A stretch of DNA of 64,000 nt. Origin: Octopus sinensis. Its lineage: Eukaryota. Where the stretch lies: assembly GCF_006345805.1 (NCBI RefSeq), contig NW_021832004.1, positions 17,246 through 81,245 on the forward strand, written 5' to 3'. Of the stretch, positions 1-12,719 are shown one piece after another (within the stretch, counting starts at the first letter, position 1; every line of letters starts with the position of its first letter). The position numbers and the translations under genes were made by a program. Under the pieces are notes generated by a model. The model was not told where the DNA came from and made no database searches. It was given only the letters and a program-made list of their open reading frames with translations.

Positions 1-180
1 CTCTCTCTCTCTCCTCTATATCCTCTCTCTCCTTTTTCTCTCTCTGCATGTTTCTCTCCCTCTATCTCTCTTTTTATATGTATATTTGTGTGTGTCTGCG
101 TGTGTGCGTGTGTGCGTGCATGTGTGTGTGTGTCTGCGTGTGTGCGTGCACGTGTGTGTGAGAGTGTGTATGTGTGTTTG
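1..180. repeat. (CT)n/(GT)n compound microsatellite
   Basis: Directly visible dinucleotide runs; the 16..222 ORF is a translation artefact of them. Confidence 0.9.
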
Positions 181-365
181 TCTCCAACCACCGCTTGACA
201 ACCGCTGTTGGTGTGTTTGCATCCCAGTAACCTAGCGGTTCGATAAAACAGACAGATATAAAAGAGTACCAGGCTTAAAGGAAATACCGTGTTCAGTGCA
301 CTTAACCGGAAATTCTTCAAGGCGATGCCCCAGCTTGGTCGCAGTCTAAAGATGGAATAGATAAA
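181..365 (+). mobile_element. SINE family B (OR-like), 3' half
   Basis: cgcttgacaaccgctgttggtgtgttt...tagcggttcg...gatgccccagc..ggtcgcagtc matches the 3' half of the copy at 16419-16797. Confidence 0.6.
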
Positions 366-398
366 TAATTTGAATCAGAATGAAATTTCTAAAAGAAA

Positions 399-608
399 GG
401 CGGCCAGCTGGCAGAATAATTTGGACATCGGTGAAAATGGTGAGTGGCATTTCGTCTGTCATTACGCTCTGAGTTCATATTCCGTCTATCTCGACTTTGC
501 CTTTCATTTCTCCGGGGGTCGATAAAAGAAGCGCCAACTGAGCAATGGGGCTCGTTGTAATTGACATACCCCTCCCCCGAAATTGCTAGCCTTCTGCTAA
601 AATTTCAG
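399..608 (+). mobile_element. SINE family A (OK-like tRNA-derived), diverged solo copy with the standard tail
   Basis: ggcggccagctggcagaat head, gagttcatattcc B-box-like motif and ctcgactttgcctttcat..gggtcgataaa body; similar to 5423-6028. Confidence 0.75.
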
Positions 609-954
609 AAAAACAACAAAACTATAATATGTTGTATTTATAATATTTGTTGCAAAGAGGTAAGAACGTTATAAATGTATGTATATCTATGTATAAATAC
701 AAATGTGAATGTTATAGACGTATCAGTGTGGTGGTAAATTCGTTGTGGCTACGATCGTTGTTATTGTTCAACACTGTCCGTTCATGAATGAACTGGCATC
801 TGATACAAGGGCTTCTCCTTCTCACCATCTTCTTGCCTTTTATTTGCCTTTAAGGAATGAATGACTACATTATTTAATCTGCACCCTATACTGTCGGATC
901 GGTCAAACCTCTGGCAAAATGGTTTGAGTATCGCACAAAAATGCTATGCCCTAA

Positions 955-1108
955 TTCCTTACGGCTCTTAGTTGCGGATCTTATTTACCACTCTTTGTTA
1001 TTGTCCTTCGTTACGGCCTTTAGTTACCGTCCCTTGTTATAGTCCGTTGTTATGGCCCTTAGTTATCACCCTATGATGTAGTCCTTCGTTACGGCCTTTC
1101 GTTACAGT
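955..1108. repeat. Degenerate ~13-bp minisatellite (ccttcgttacgg-like units)
   Basis: About 8-10 imperfect units, with gtccttcgttacggcctt present twice (1003 and 1081). Confidence 0.5.
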
Positions 1109-1397
1109 TTGTACTGAAATCGCGATGAGGTCAATCCTCCCGGAATCAACAAAGATAAATATCAGTCAATGGATTTGTAGGAAATGCGAATGAAATTGCA
1201 GTCGAAGAATAAGAAGTGTAGCTCCTGCAATGATTGGTAGATCGATTTTATTCATTTTGTATCGATAAAACTTATATACCACATTTGAAAGGGATCACAA
1301 ACATTAGTGTGCAACTGGTTTGATGTTGCGCATTTTTGTAGTCCTGAATAAATGATTTGTGCAGTGGCTTTCTACTCCCTTTTAACTGTTTGTGGAT

Positions 1398-1565
1398 CTT
1401 TGTATGTATGTATGTATGTATGTATGTATGTATGTATGTTGTATGTATGTATGTATGTATGTATGTATGTAGATGTATGTATGTATTATGTATATAGTAT
1501 GATGTATGTATGTATGTATGTATGTATGTAAGTATGTATGTCTGATGTATGTATGTATGCATGTA
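1398..1565. repeat. (ATGT)n microsatellite
   Basis: Direct inspection. Confidence 0.9.
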
Positions 1566-3124
1566 AAGATGCATGTACGAAGGAGTAGTTATGTGTGGGA
1601 TGTATGTACATTTATATACATTTATATATACACACCCGTTTAATTTAACCATCCTCGGTTTTGCTTTCACTACAATTCATTGAGTTAGAAAATATCTTGA
1701 GTTTGATTAGAAAATGTGATTAAAATTTAGGTCCGCTTTGGTTCAATACTATTTCTTGGTTTAATCTTAACATCTCCAGCTGTCTCTTGCCTATTTGATT
1801 CATTTATATTTCTTATATATAGTTTTATATACTTTCGAAAGCTATTCATTTCTTATTATATCTACTATAATTACTTTACTCTCTCTCTCTCTCTCCTCAT
1901 TCCTTCCTGTTTTTTTTTTTATAACATTAAGGACGGTGAATTCCCTGAACTGAACTTAAATCTAGCACATTTATTTATATGATACAACATATTCTTTATT
2001 TTTACTCTTCATACCGAGCTAATTTTACCTAGCCCCGGTCTACCATTCAGTATATTTATAATGTGAAAATCTTGTATGTATATGCAGAGTCGAATCGTTG
2101 ATGTAACCATGCTGTTCTGGTTATCTGATGAGCTGGCTTCCTCCTTTTGCCTTGATTTGTGAATATACAGCTGAATTGTAAAATGCGTAGCATATATATT
2201 GATGCAGGCATGTAAACATACTTTTTTATACACTGACATTTTTGTTACATAAAGACGGCTGCGAAACGGCCGTAATACAAAGTGGGATAAAGGGTTAAAG
2301 AAATATGTTCACCTCTCATACATACTGACTTTTTTTGGTTTATAAACGCCGCATGAACTAATTTCATCGATCGGATCTCCCTTCACCATATTAAAGCGGA
2401 GGGACATGTGAAGAGACTAGCGTTACGAAACCAAAGTGTATGGACCACACGAGAGAGAAAGCTATTGTAAAGTTTATGTTACGAAGCTATATCACAGGCA
2501 AGAGAACATTTCGACAACAAAGAAGTCATTTATCTGAGAATGTTCCCAGCAGAATAACTAAGTTATAACATGCTTGCTTGCACACAGAAAAAATGCAACA
2601 GAATTATGCGATGACAAACAACCCTCAATTAAGACCCGTTGTTTCTTCCAAGGAAGGCAAGAAAAGGCCTGGTGGAAGCATAACTTTAGTAGGGCGCGGA
2701 AAATTTTGTGCAAATGGTTGAAAGGGAGATTTAGAGAAAATATTCGTTTTCTCTTTTTTCAAGCATCATTGCAATGATGTATGTTTGCGTGGTCCAACTT
2801 GATTAAATCTAAGTACTTGTTGAATTGACTGTGCCATAGAGAAGGAATCCGGAGTGGAAATATGAAAGAAAGTGACTGAAATATGACGAAGTTCGAAGGT
2901 TGTATCAGGCACGAGAATAGCAGCATACATTGCTTCGAGTAGAGGTGGAAGATGTCTCGATTTTTAACTGAATTGATCAAGGCTGAGCGGGCTGTCAAAG
3001 CAAGCAACAAGATCCGTCAAAACATGTTTGGGATTGAACAATAAAAATGATCAATCGCTGAAAATATTTTCTGACTCAGTGAATTTTAATGAAAGCAAAG
3101 TCGAGGATGGTTAAATGTATACGT

Positions 3125-3400
3125 GTGTGTATGTATAGGTGTATATAAATATACATACATCCACACACTTAACTATTCGTTCATACATGCATCCTTGGAT
3201 ACATACATGCATGCATACATACATACATCATACTTACATCATACATACATACATACATTCATACATGCATGCATGCATGCATACATACATACATACATAC
3301 ATACATACATACATACATACATACATACTACATCATACATACATGCATACATACATACGTATGTACATACATACATGCATGCATACATACATATATATAC
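3125..3400. repeat. (TACA)n microsatellite
   Basis: Direct inspection; it explains the YIHT-rich ORFs. Confidence 0.9.
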
Positions 3401-3525
3401 ACACTGTACCTCATCTCTTTCTTCCATCTGAATATTTCAAAAATTGTTTCATCTCTTCCGAACACGCTGCTATTTAGAAGTTGCTGTACAGAGATAAACT
3501 GAGTTCCATTCTTCTGTTTTATTAT

Positions 3526-3720
3526 TCTTTTACTTGTTTCATTCATTAGATTGCAGCCATGCTGGAGCACCGCCTTGAGGAATTTTCGCCGAACTGACTA
3601 CAGTACTGATCTTGAAGCCTGAAACATATTCTATTGGACTGTTTTGTCGAATCGCTAAGTTACTAGGTCAATCGCTAGTGGGAGACAACCACAGACACAA
3701 AGGCACACACACACAAACAC
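3526..3720 (-). mobile_element. SINE family B, 3' half
   Basis: Reverse complement of ggcggtgctccagcatggctgcaatc...gaaacaagtaaaaga, the family B 3' end. Confidence 0.65.
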
Positions 3721-4297
3721 ACATTCTATTAAATAAACTGGACATGGGGATCATTGTATTCTTTCTTTCTCGAGATTCTCAGCCAAACGGCTGGGTGGAT
3801 TCGCGTATTATAAGACTCTATTAGTACTGTATCTGTCAAGCACGCAGTGACCGACAATAGAATGCTATAGTCGAGTCTACTGGGTGTATGACAATATATG
3901 CTTAGGATGCGAATGAACGTGTAAGGGTCCCGTGGCCGTTTGCGTGGTGATCGCGTCTTATCGGTTAATTTTTAATTCAATCAACCAATGAGCGATAGTT
4001 TGGCATGCAGCTATCTTCGAGAATTTTTTTCTTACTCATTTTCGCCTTCTCGCTTTGCATGGTACGTCGTTTTAAATTTTGCTCATGATTTTCTAAAAAT
4101 TAATATTATTGATAATTTTTAAAATGGATTTCTTTATAGTACAGCTTATAATATACGAGCTACTGTTCAGTATCTCTCCATATGATAATAAACAAATAAT
4201 ATTGTAACAGTTACACTATTCAATTGGTCGGCGTTTGGATGTCACTTTATTAGAGGTTGCCACACCATTAGGAGAAATACGGTGCATATATAGAATA

Positions 4298-4656
4298 CTA
4301 ATAATATCGCCTGACGTTGCTCGGATTTGTTTCAACCCTTTAGAATTGGAATATAGCTTGTTATTCTCTTTAAGTGAAAATTTTTCTGCTTGAAATACAC
4401 CGAAAATGGCGACACAGCAGCCAAAACTCGTAAAAAATAGGGATTTTCATAGAAAAAAAGCACCTTTTTATGTAAATAATTTTTGGTCTTAACATGGTCT
4501 GATTTGAAATTTTCTTCTACGGAAGGAAGAACAAGCCTTCTTCTATCTTACTCTCAATTTTGGTCAACTTGCGCCTCAGGGTCTCGGAGGAGATAGTGTT
4601 AGTTGAAGGCTACCAAACCTGCCATACACAGACAACTTCAGCTTTATATATATAGA
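4298..4656 (-). mobile_element. Probable non-autonomous Helitron
   Basis: Minus strand begins TCTATATATATAAAGCTG and ends ...CCGAGCAACGTCAGGCGATATTATTAG followed by t. This resembles the 5'-TC and 3'-hairpin-CTRR termini of Helitrons; the terminal CTAG is mutated. Confidence 0.5.
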
Positions 4657-5422
4657 ATATTACAAGCGTTGCCTTAGAAAGTACGAAACTAGAACTGAAA
4701 AATGCGAACGCTCAAAAGGCTTGCAGAATGTTATAATAAACCTTTAGAAAGTATAGGAGTAGCATTCTTACTCAAAAATATTGGAATCACTATATATTGT
4801 ACATTCTGTGGCATCTTTTTATCACAAGAAATTTGTTTAGTTCATCGAAATTAAGTTATATTAAAAATTAATTAAGTTAGATTATCGTATATTCACTTTT
4901 AACAAAACTTTTGTGAACAAATACATCTTTAGGCGATAATTCAATCTACCAATGATAATTTATATAAATTTACAAGTAATGAATCAAAAATATTTTAGTA
5001 GTAATTTGTTTAATTCGCATAACGATTCCATTAATATGTGTATCATAAGGCAAATTCTCTTTGCATATAATTATTTTGGTTTATTACTTTCGCTGTTATA
5101 TAGATTCACATGCAGTGTGAAATATGTTTTTATATACTTTGGTATCAAAGTATTCAAACGAATTTACTTATTTGAAGTTAAAGATCATAATTTGTACATT
5201 TCCAGATTTTTTTAATTTTATTAAGAACTCGGTTTAATAATTATCGTGACATCGTAAGTCACACATAAGTCCCTTTTCGTTTTAAAATGCCGTACAATGT
5301 ACAATATATAGTGATTCCAATAATTTTGAGCAACAATGCTATTCCCATGCTTTTAAAGGTTTATCATAACATTCTGTAACCCTTTTGAACGAGCGAATTT
5401 TTCAATTTTAGTATATGAATAA

Positions 5423-6028
5423 GGCGGCGAGCCGGCAGATTCGTTAGCACGCCAGGCGAAATGCGTAGCTGTATTTCGTCTGCCGTAACGTTCTGAGTTC
5501 AAATTCCGCCGAGGTCGACTTTGCCTTTCATCCTTTTGGGGTCGATTAAATAAGTACTAGTCATGCACTGGGGTCAATATAATCGAATTAATCCATTTGC
5601 CTGTCCTTGTTTGTCCTCTCTGTGTTTAGCCCTTTGTGGGTAGTAAAGAAATAGGTATTTCGTCTGCCGTTACGCTCTGAGTTCAAATTCCGCTGAGGTC
5701 GACTTTGTCTTTCATCATTTCGGGGTCGATGAATCAAGTACCAGTTACGCACTGGGGTCGATATAATCGACTTAATCCGTCCGTTTGTCTGTCCTTGTCT
5801 GTCCTCTCTGTGTTTAGCCCCTTGTGGGTAGAAAAGAAATAGGTATTTCGTCTGCCGTTGGGTTCTGAGTTCAAATTCCGCCGAGGTCGACTTTACCTTT
5901 CATCCTTCCCTGGTCGATAAATTAAGTCCCAGTTGCGCACTGTGGCCGATATAATGAACTGTTCCCCCCCCCCCCCCAACACCACCACCACAAAATTTTG
6001 GGCCTTGTTCCTAGAGTAGAAAAGGATT
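5423..6028 (+). mobile_element. SINE family A with an internal tandem array (head + 2 body/Tx1-tail units + body/standard tail)
   Basis: Head 5423-5470; units start with gtatttcgtctgccg at 5471, 5655 and 5843; the last unit ends in the poly-C/aaaattttgggccttg standard tail. Confidence 0.9.
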
Positions 6029-7074
6029 CTTGTATATGAATGTGTGTATGCACGAATGTTTGTCTGTACCTAGAGTATGTATGCGTGACTGAAAAAATGA
6101 AAGCATCTGTTTCACTTCCGGTCAGGGAAACCCCATAAGATATTTGATTCAAGTTATTAATCAGAAAGAGTTAAAAGAAACAATCAAATTCAATTTATCG
6201 CCTGCTAAAAATAATTTTATATTGAAGTATATTTAAATAGGAACAGAGGAGAAGGGAGCTGAATACGACGACTTTAATATTTTTGATAAAATCACCACCA
6301 ATTGAGAACCGATTTTGGATAAATATCTTGGTCTTCCATAATAATTCCATTCAAATTTCGGGCCCTCTAAATGAATATTAAAGTGAATTCGAGGAAGAAT
6401 GAAATAGCAAATTTGATTTGAGTGGGATATGAACTTAAGATGGGAAGGATCGTAACTAAATACTGGATGCGATTTTGTCTCTCACTTTATTGATTCTGCC
6501 TATCCTTGAACGAAATCGAACATCTTAAACTGAAACATGTTTGTAAGATGAAAAGGAAAAACCCTGCCTATTTGCATGTTAATAATTCATCGGCCGATCA
6601 ATTTCATATTTTTGCATTCGTTCAATAGTTTAATGATTTCTAACTTTGAGCCAAGGACACGTATTTGTAGGGAAGGTGTCCAGAACATTAAAAAAATTCA
6701 AGCAAGCAACCCACAAGGACTCAAACCACAGGCTTGTTGACAAATAGTTCTCTGTCAAAATCCAAACAATGAGGTTTAGAAGGTAATAAGTGAATATAAA
6801 CAGGTGCATACAGGCTACACTTACAAATAAAAACTATGATCACAAGAAATGGCTTCAAAATGTAAATAAATAAATACGAGTTTGAAACGTGACGACGCGA
6901 TCGATAATGTTGTTTTTCGACACTTGGCGTTATCTGTATTATTCTGTTGTTTTATATCTAAGGGTGTAACTTAGGAACCAATTCGACATAATCTGTTAGA
7001 GATAGAATAAGGATATTTATATTGTTCAAAAGATAAAGTCAGACAATGAAATAGTTGATATTAATATGATATGG

Positions 7075-7129
<55 letters not shown>

Positions 7130-7177
7130 GTCAATCTACCTAAACACACATACACACAAACGTACATACATAAATAT

Positions 7178-7229
<52 letters not shown>

Positions 7230-7259
7230 CAAAACAAAAGTATTTCAGGCTGCAAGTTC

Positions 7260-9605
7260 ATCGGTGGAATTTAAATCTCATAAATCCAGTGATTGGTTCT
7301 CAGATAGATCAGCAGAATTTCATGATTTACTTTTAGAAAAACAAAACTTAGGCAATACACTTCTTTCTCAGTCCTTGAAACCCAAGTCAAACGAAACTTA
7401 CAGAAAGCTGAAAGGGGGGGGGTGCAGATTGCTCTGAGGGAAATTAAACAAGAATGGTGGAATGATAGAGCAAAAGGAGCACAATAAGTAGCTGATAGAA
7501 ATGATCCCAAGGGTTTGTACTCTTATGTTAAGGAGGTATATGACCCAAAATCTTCCTCAATAGCTCTAGTGAGAACAACAAAGGGACGTTTATTTTTGAC
7601 TGAGACCGCTTCTATTCATAAGCGTTGGGTAGAACAATTTCTGTACTTTTGAATAGACCACCATCCGTTGACATGAGGGCGATAGAAAAAAATTGAACAC
7701 CTTCCAGTTAGAGAAGAGATGGCATTTGAAACAATTCTAAATGACATTTATTTAGCTGTGAATAAGCTGAATAACAATAAGTCTCCAGAGTCTGATGGAA
7801 TTTGTGCAGAAGTCTTGAGATATGGGGGGGGATGTTTGAACTCTTAAATATATTAATTTGTCACTGTTGGAGAACTGAGAAAGTGCCTCAAGGCTGGATT
7901 GATGCCATTTTAGTCTCCTTGTATAAATCGGAACCAAAGGATCTGTGCGGTTATTTTCGTGGGATTTCGCTTTTGTCTGTGGTTGGAAAGTACTTGCCTG
8001 CATTTTGTTACAACCTTTATACCTTTATATTTCCTTTATATTTCCAAATATAGTGTCTGAGTCTCAGTGTGGTTTTCGTTCCTGCAGAGGCATAGCTGAT
8101 TGTATCTTTATTGTCAGACAATTACAAGAAAAGAGCATTGAACAGAATCTTGCTCTATACCATTGCTTTATTCATTTGAGAAACGCATTCGATACTGATA
8201 ATCGAAATGTTCTGAGGCTAATTCTAAAGAAAATATGTTGTCCAGAATAATTTGTAAACATTATCAGGGCTTTGCATCAAGATATGAAAGCTAGATATAA
8301 TTTTGGTGGTAGGCTCTCTGAATCTTTTGCCGTGGAAAATGGAGTAAAGCATGGAGACCTTGATACACCCACCCTCTTTGTAATATACTTTGCTGTTGTG
8401 TTGTCACATGCTTTTCAAAACTCCGAGGAAAATATTTACATAAAATATCGAACCACAGGAAATGTTTTTAATCTGACCAGACTGAAATCTAAAACGAAGG
8501 TTTTTTACTTCACCCATTAGGGAACTTTTCTTTGCTGATGATTGCGATCTTGTCTGTCATTCTGAATCAGGTCTGCAATCTCTTGTATCTGCATTTGACT
8601 CAGCTTGTGATGACTTTCGCTTGACCATCAACTTGAAACAAAACGGTCGTAATGCATCAATCTGCGTGTGGTACTAACCCCACTAAAACTTTTGTTAAGG
8701 GTAAGTTACTTGAGGTTATCGATTCGTCCTTCTAACTTGGAAGCTCTGTTCAAAATTCTGGAAACCTTGATACAAAAATACATCTGTGAATTCAAAGGGT
8801 ATCAAAAGCATTTAGTGGCTTGGAGTCGCGCGTTTGGTGCCAGCGAAACATTAAATGGAATTCTTTTACTCCAACGCAGATGTCCTTGCATCTGCAGGTA
8901 TCATCTCAATTAAAGCTATGATTTTGAGGAACCAAATGAGATGGTGTGGCCATATTGTTCGAATGGCAGATGAACGCATGCCGAAACAACTGTTTTATGG
9001 CGACCTTGCAGAGGGGAAATGCTATCGGTGTAAACGTAAAAAAAGGTTTAAGGACGGCATAAGGATTACTATGAAGTCACTTGGAATGGTTCCAAAAGAT
9101 ATAGAAACCCTTGCTTTGGATCGAGCTGGATGGCGAACAAAAGTGTGGAGTGGAGTAAAATCATTTCAAGAGGCCAGGATAACGCAAGTAAGACTCAAAA
9201 GAGATCTAAGGAAGAATGTAATGATCGAGAAGGTGAATGACAATGACCTTTTTTGTGTGCACAATCTATTACAGACCATGCCTGTCTTTGGCTGGCATCA
9301 AATCTCATTTGTGAACCTATGGAAAACGAACCTCCACCAACTATTCTGCCTATATGTCTGTGCACAACTTTGAATGCAGTGTATGCCAGATGGTTTGCAA
9401 CTCCAACGGAGGCCTCAAAAGACATGATAAGACTCACAAATAGCAGAACTTATCTGTAGGTATTGGTGGTCCAAATCAGAGGTGCAACCTATGTGGGTCT
9501 CTTTCAAGAACATTGTCTAGTTTAAAAAGCTACATCAGACGCCATGATGGTGCTAAGCTGTAGGTACAGGAGGTGGTCAAACTCTGTATAAGGAGTACAC
9601 AACCA

Positions 9606-9608
<3 letters not shown>
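7260..9608 (+). mobile_element. RTE-clade LINE, 5'-truncated and decayed (RT plus C-terminal zinc fingers)
   Basis: Fragments PQGWIDAILVSLYK, SESQCGFRSCRG...RQLQEKSIEQ, ENGVKHGD, LFFADDC and QMRWCGHIVRMADERMPKQLFYGDL are typical RTE ORF2 motifs; multiple stops and frameshifts. Confidence 0.9.
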
Positions 9609-9641
<33 letters not shown>

Positions 9642-9829
9642 TTATACGATGGGCTTCTTTTACTTTCCTTCCACCAAATCCACTCACATGGTTTATTCAC
9701 TCAATAAAAATGTTTGATATGAAACGATTTTAAATTTAATATATGAAACCAGTGTATCTTGGATAAATATCCTTATAAGAGGTTTGAATATCCTCATTGT
9801 CACTATATAATATATATATATGCATACAA

Positions 9830-9992
9830 CGGTTTTCTCTTGGGTTCGTGCTGCAAATTCACTCACAAAGTTTTGGTTGGCCGACACTTATAATACAAGA
9901 TGCTTACCCAAGGTACCACGCAGTGGGGCCGAGACAGGAATCAAAATCGAAACCATGTGGTCGGGAAGCAAATCTCTTATCTCATAGCCATA
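9830..9992 (-). mobile_element. SINE family B, 5' part
   Basis: Reverse complement of the family B head and core (...cttcccgaccacatggtttcg...ctgcgtggtaccttgggtaag...ggccaaccaaaactttgtgagtg). Confidence 0.6.
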
Positions 9993-10356
9993 CTAAAAAA
10001 GGAATCCTCTTATAGCCATCACTGGAATGCCTTTCTTTGGAGTTAAACTGGAGTTTTGATAACACAGTGATAACATGTTCGTAAAGGTTTCCTAATTTTT
10101 CGTTTGACTGGCTAGAATTAGCTGCCAATTTCTTTTAATTCACACCAAAGCATCTTTAAAGAGAATATTAAAAGAGGAATGAGCAAGAGTCAGATACCGG
10201 AATGTCGCCGTTTAAAATTTGTCTTCATAGAGAATCTTGATAACCTTGTTATCATTGTGGTTTCATTGCTCCGGTTCACCTCGACCGTCTACTTTATATA
10301 AAACCAATGAAAGGAGTCGATTTTTAGAGTAACATCGACATTGAGTAATTTCTCCT

Positions 10357-10558
10357 GGAGGCACAAGGGCTTAGATTTGTGGGGTGTGGGCTAGTCGATG
10401 ACATGGACCTCAGTATTCATCTGATACTTAATTTATCGACCCGGAAGGGATGAAAGGTAAAGTCGACATCGGTGGAATTTGAACTCAGAACGTAGCGACG
10501 GAGTAAACACCGCTACGCTTTCCGTCCGGCGGGCTAACGATTTTGCCAGCTCACCGAC
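10357..10558 (-). mobile_element. SINE family A solo copy with the standard tail
   Basis: Reverse complement gives gtcggtgagctggcaaaatcgttagccc...gagttcaaattcc...gtcgactttacctttcatccc; the target site is uninterrupted. Confidence 0.8.
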
Positions 10559-10689
10559 TTATCGTTACTAAATAACAAGAGCTCCAATGCATCAGATCTG
10601 TTGTTTACCAAGTTCACGTTTCATGATTGTTAGAGAAATAATTGATGGAATTTGATAAACAGGAGTGTTTACTAACAACGGAAGAAGAT

Positions 10690-11030
10690 ATAACAACAAC
10701 AACAATAATGATAATAATAATAATATTAATAATAACAATAATAATGAGTAGTAGTAGTAGTAGTTGTTGTTGTTGTTGTTGTTGTTGTTGATGCTGCTGC
10801 TGTCATTTTGATCACCTTGTGTGAATGTGTGGGAGTTACAAAAAAAGAATAATAATAATCTACCACCATTATCATCATCACTATCATCATGATGATCATC
10901 ATCATCATCGTACCTATCTGAATCACCATCGTCTTCATAGTGATTGAGAAACCGCTGCTACTCTTACTACTACTATAACTACCACTACAACTAGTGATGA
11001 TGATGGTGATGATGATGATGATGATGATGA
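10690..11030. repeat. Compound trinucleotide repeats (AAC/AAT/TAG/TTG/ATC/GAT)
   Basis: Direct inspection. Confidence 0.85.
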
Positions 11031-11482
11031 GGCCCTCCTCCCCACCAATGACGCAATACAAATATCCTTCAGACCAATATAAAACAGACGGCGATGTCGA
11101 GAAAATATATTTTTACAATTTCCTCTCGGGCACTCGACACTCAACGGTTCGCTCTGCAGTTTCAATAACTTTCAACGTTTCAAAATGCTCAAACTATTTC
11201 GCAGGTTGTCCTCCATTTTTGGTAAGCTAAATATTCTTACATTTCTCTCCACGCATTTCCAGTTTTCTTTTAAAATCAAACTCAATGGCAATTTTAATGT
11301 GTTCCATAATAATATTTAGTGATTGTGTATAAATACGATGTTTTCTCTATAAAATGATTCTGTAGAAAACTAGCGCTACACGAAGAAATTTCACAAATAT
11401 TTCCAAAATGATAAAATTGTTGGAATCCTGTAAGAAAACTGCAAAAATATGAAATTTCTTTGGAAATTATTTGTTCTTTTAT

Positions 11483-11700
11483 CTTTTACTTGTTCCATTC
11501 ATTAGAGTGTGGCCATGCTGGGGCATCGCCTTGAAGAATGAACTGATCGCAGTATTTATCGTTTTTCAAGCTCAATACTTATAAATTCGGTCTCTAAACA
11601 CACCAACATTGGTTGTCACACGGTGTTGAGGGGGGCGCACGCACATGCACACGCGCGCACCCCCACTCGCACACAACCATACACACACGCGCACACACAT
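11483..11700 (-). mobile_element. SINE family B, 3' half
   Basis: cttttacttgttcc...gtggccatgctggggcatcgccttgaag matches the family B 3' end in reverse. Confidence 0.55.
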
Positions 11701-12188
11701 ACACACACGTCTAAAGTAATTAATAGCAACAGAAGCTGTCTAACTACCAAAAGGTAATATTTGTCTCCCACCTTAAAGTAGATGTTGTGTTAGAACACAG
11801 GATACTGAGTAACATTCCATGAGAGAACCTCTCGTAAGAGAGAGATTTATCTAAATTAACCCCAGTTTTATTGTCATTCAACGTAAATGAAGGGGGAAAT
11901 GTGACTTTAGTATTTGAAGCAAAAGGGGAAAATCGAAGCAATGCCGTCTGAGAACAATGAGCGCGTGTCGGATTGATTATGCGCCTCATAATTCACTGGA
12001 TGGATGGTTGATAATATGATAATATCTAGTCCTGAAAAAGCGAGATATAATACGTGAACATCATCATTTGGCAGTGTGTGTGATTGTTAATTTCATATAC
12101 CAAGACCAAACCTGTTTATTTGCATCACTGTCTCTCTCACTGTATTATGTATGTATGTGTGCATGTGTGTATGTTATGCGTGTATGTA

Positions 12189-12189
<1 letters not shown>

Positions 12190-12233
<44 letters not shown>

Positions 12234-12274
12234 CATACATATAGATAGATAGATAGATAGATAGATAGACAGAC

Positions 12275-12338
<64 letters not shown>

Positions 12339-12372
12339 GATAGATAGATTGATAGATATATGTATATATATG
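12190..12372. repeat. (TA)n/(GATA)n microsatellite
   Basis: Direct inspection. Confidence 0.9.
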
Positions 12373-12563
12373 ATAGAAATATTAAAATTACTAAGTCTCT
12401 ATAAAAGAGATTATGGCAGCGTTTACTGGAAATTAATTGTTATCAATTAATTAACTGTTGGCAGCGATTATTCTTATATCTATAAGAATGCCATATTAAT
12501 ATGGCGATAACAATTAATTTGTATATATATGTTTATATATATATATATATATATATAATATAT

Positions 12564-12593
<30 letters not shown>

Positions 12594-12595
<2 letters not shown>

Positions 12596-12682
12596 CCGGA
12601 AAAAGCACATAAATGTGAAACAAGGTGGAAAAAAGTACTAACATACATACAGAGGTAGAGTAATATGTTTTATTTAAAGCAT
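12594..12682 (-). mobile_element. Possible Penelope-like terminal fragment, inverted
   Basis: Reverse complement contains gctttaaataaaacatattactctacc, resembling the gcttaaaataaag terminus of the + strand PLE; embedded in (TA)n. Confidence 0.3.
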
Positions 12683-12719
12683 ATTATATATACATATATA
12701 TATATATATATTTATATAT

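Noticed and set aside
2420-2830. Possible mariner transposase remnant (MDHTREKAIVKFML...)
   Set aside because: Only a vague N-terminal resemblance; no catalytic motifs or TIRs recognisable.
1272-3502. YIHT/MYVC-rich ORFs (also at 39704-40013, 51288-51617, 53038-53604, 61869-62267)
   Set aside because: Translations of (TACA)n/(TA)n/(TG)n microsatellites.
5423-5510. SINE heads as genuine tRNA genes
   Set aside because: They retain A/B-box-like motifs but have no cloverleaf or acceptor stem, and run directly into repeat bodies.
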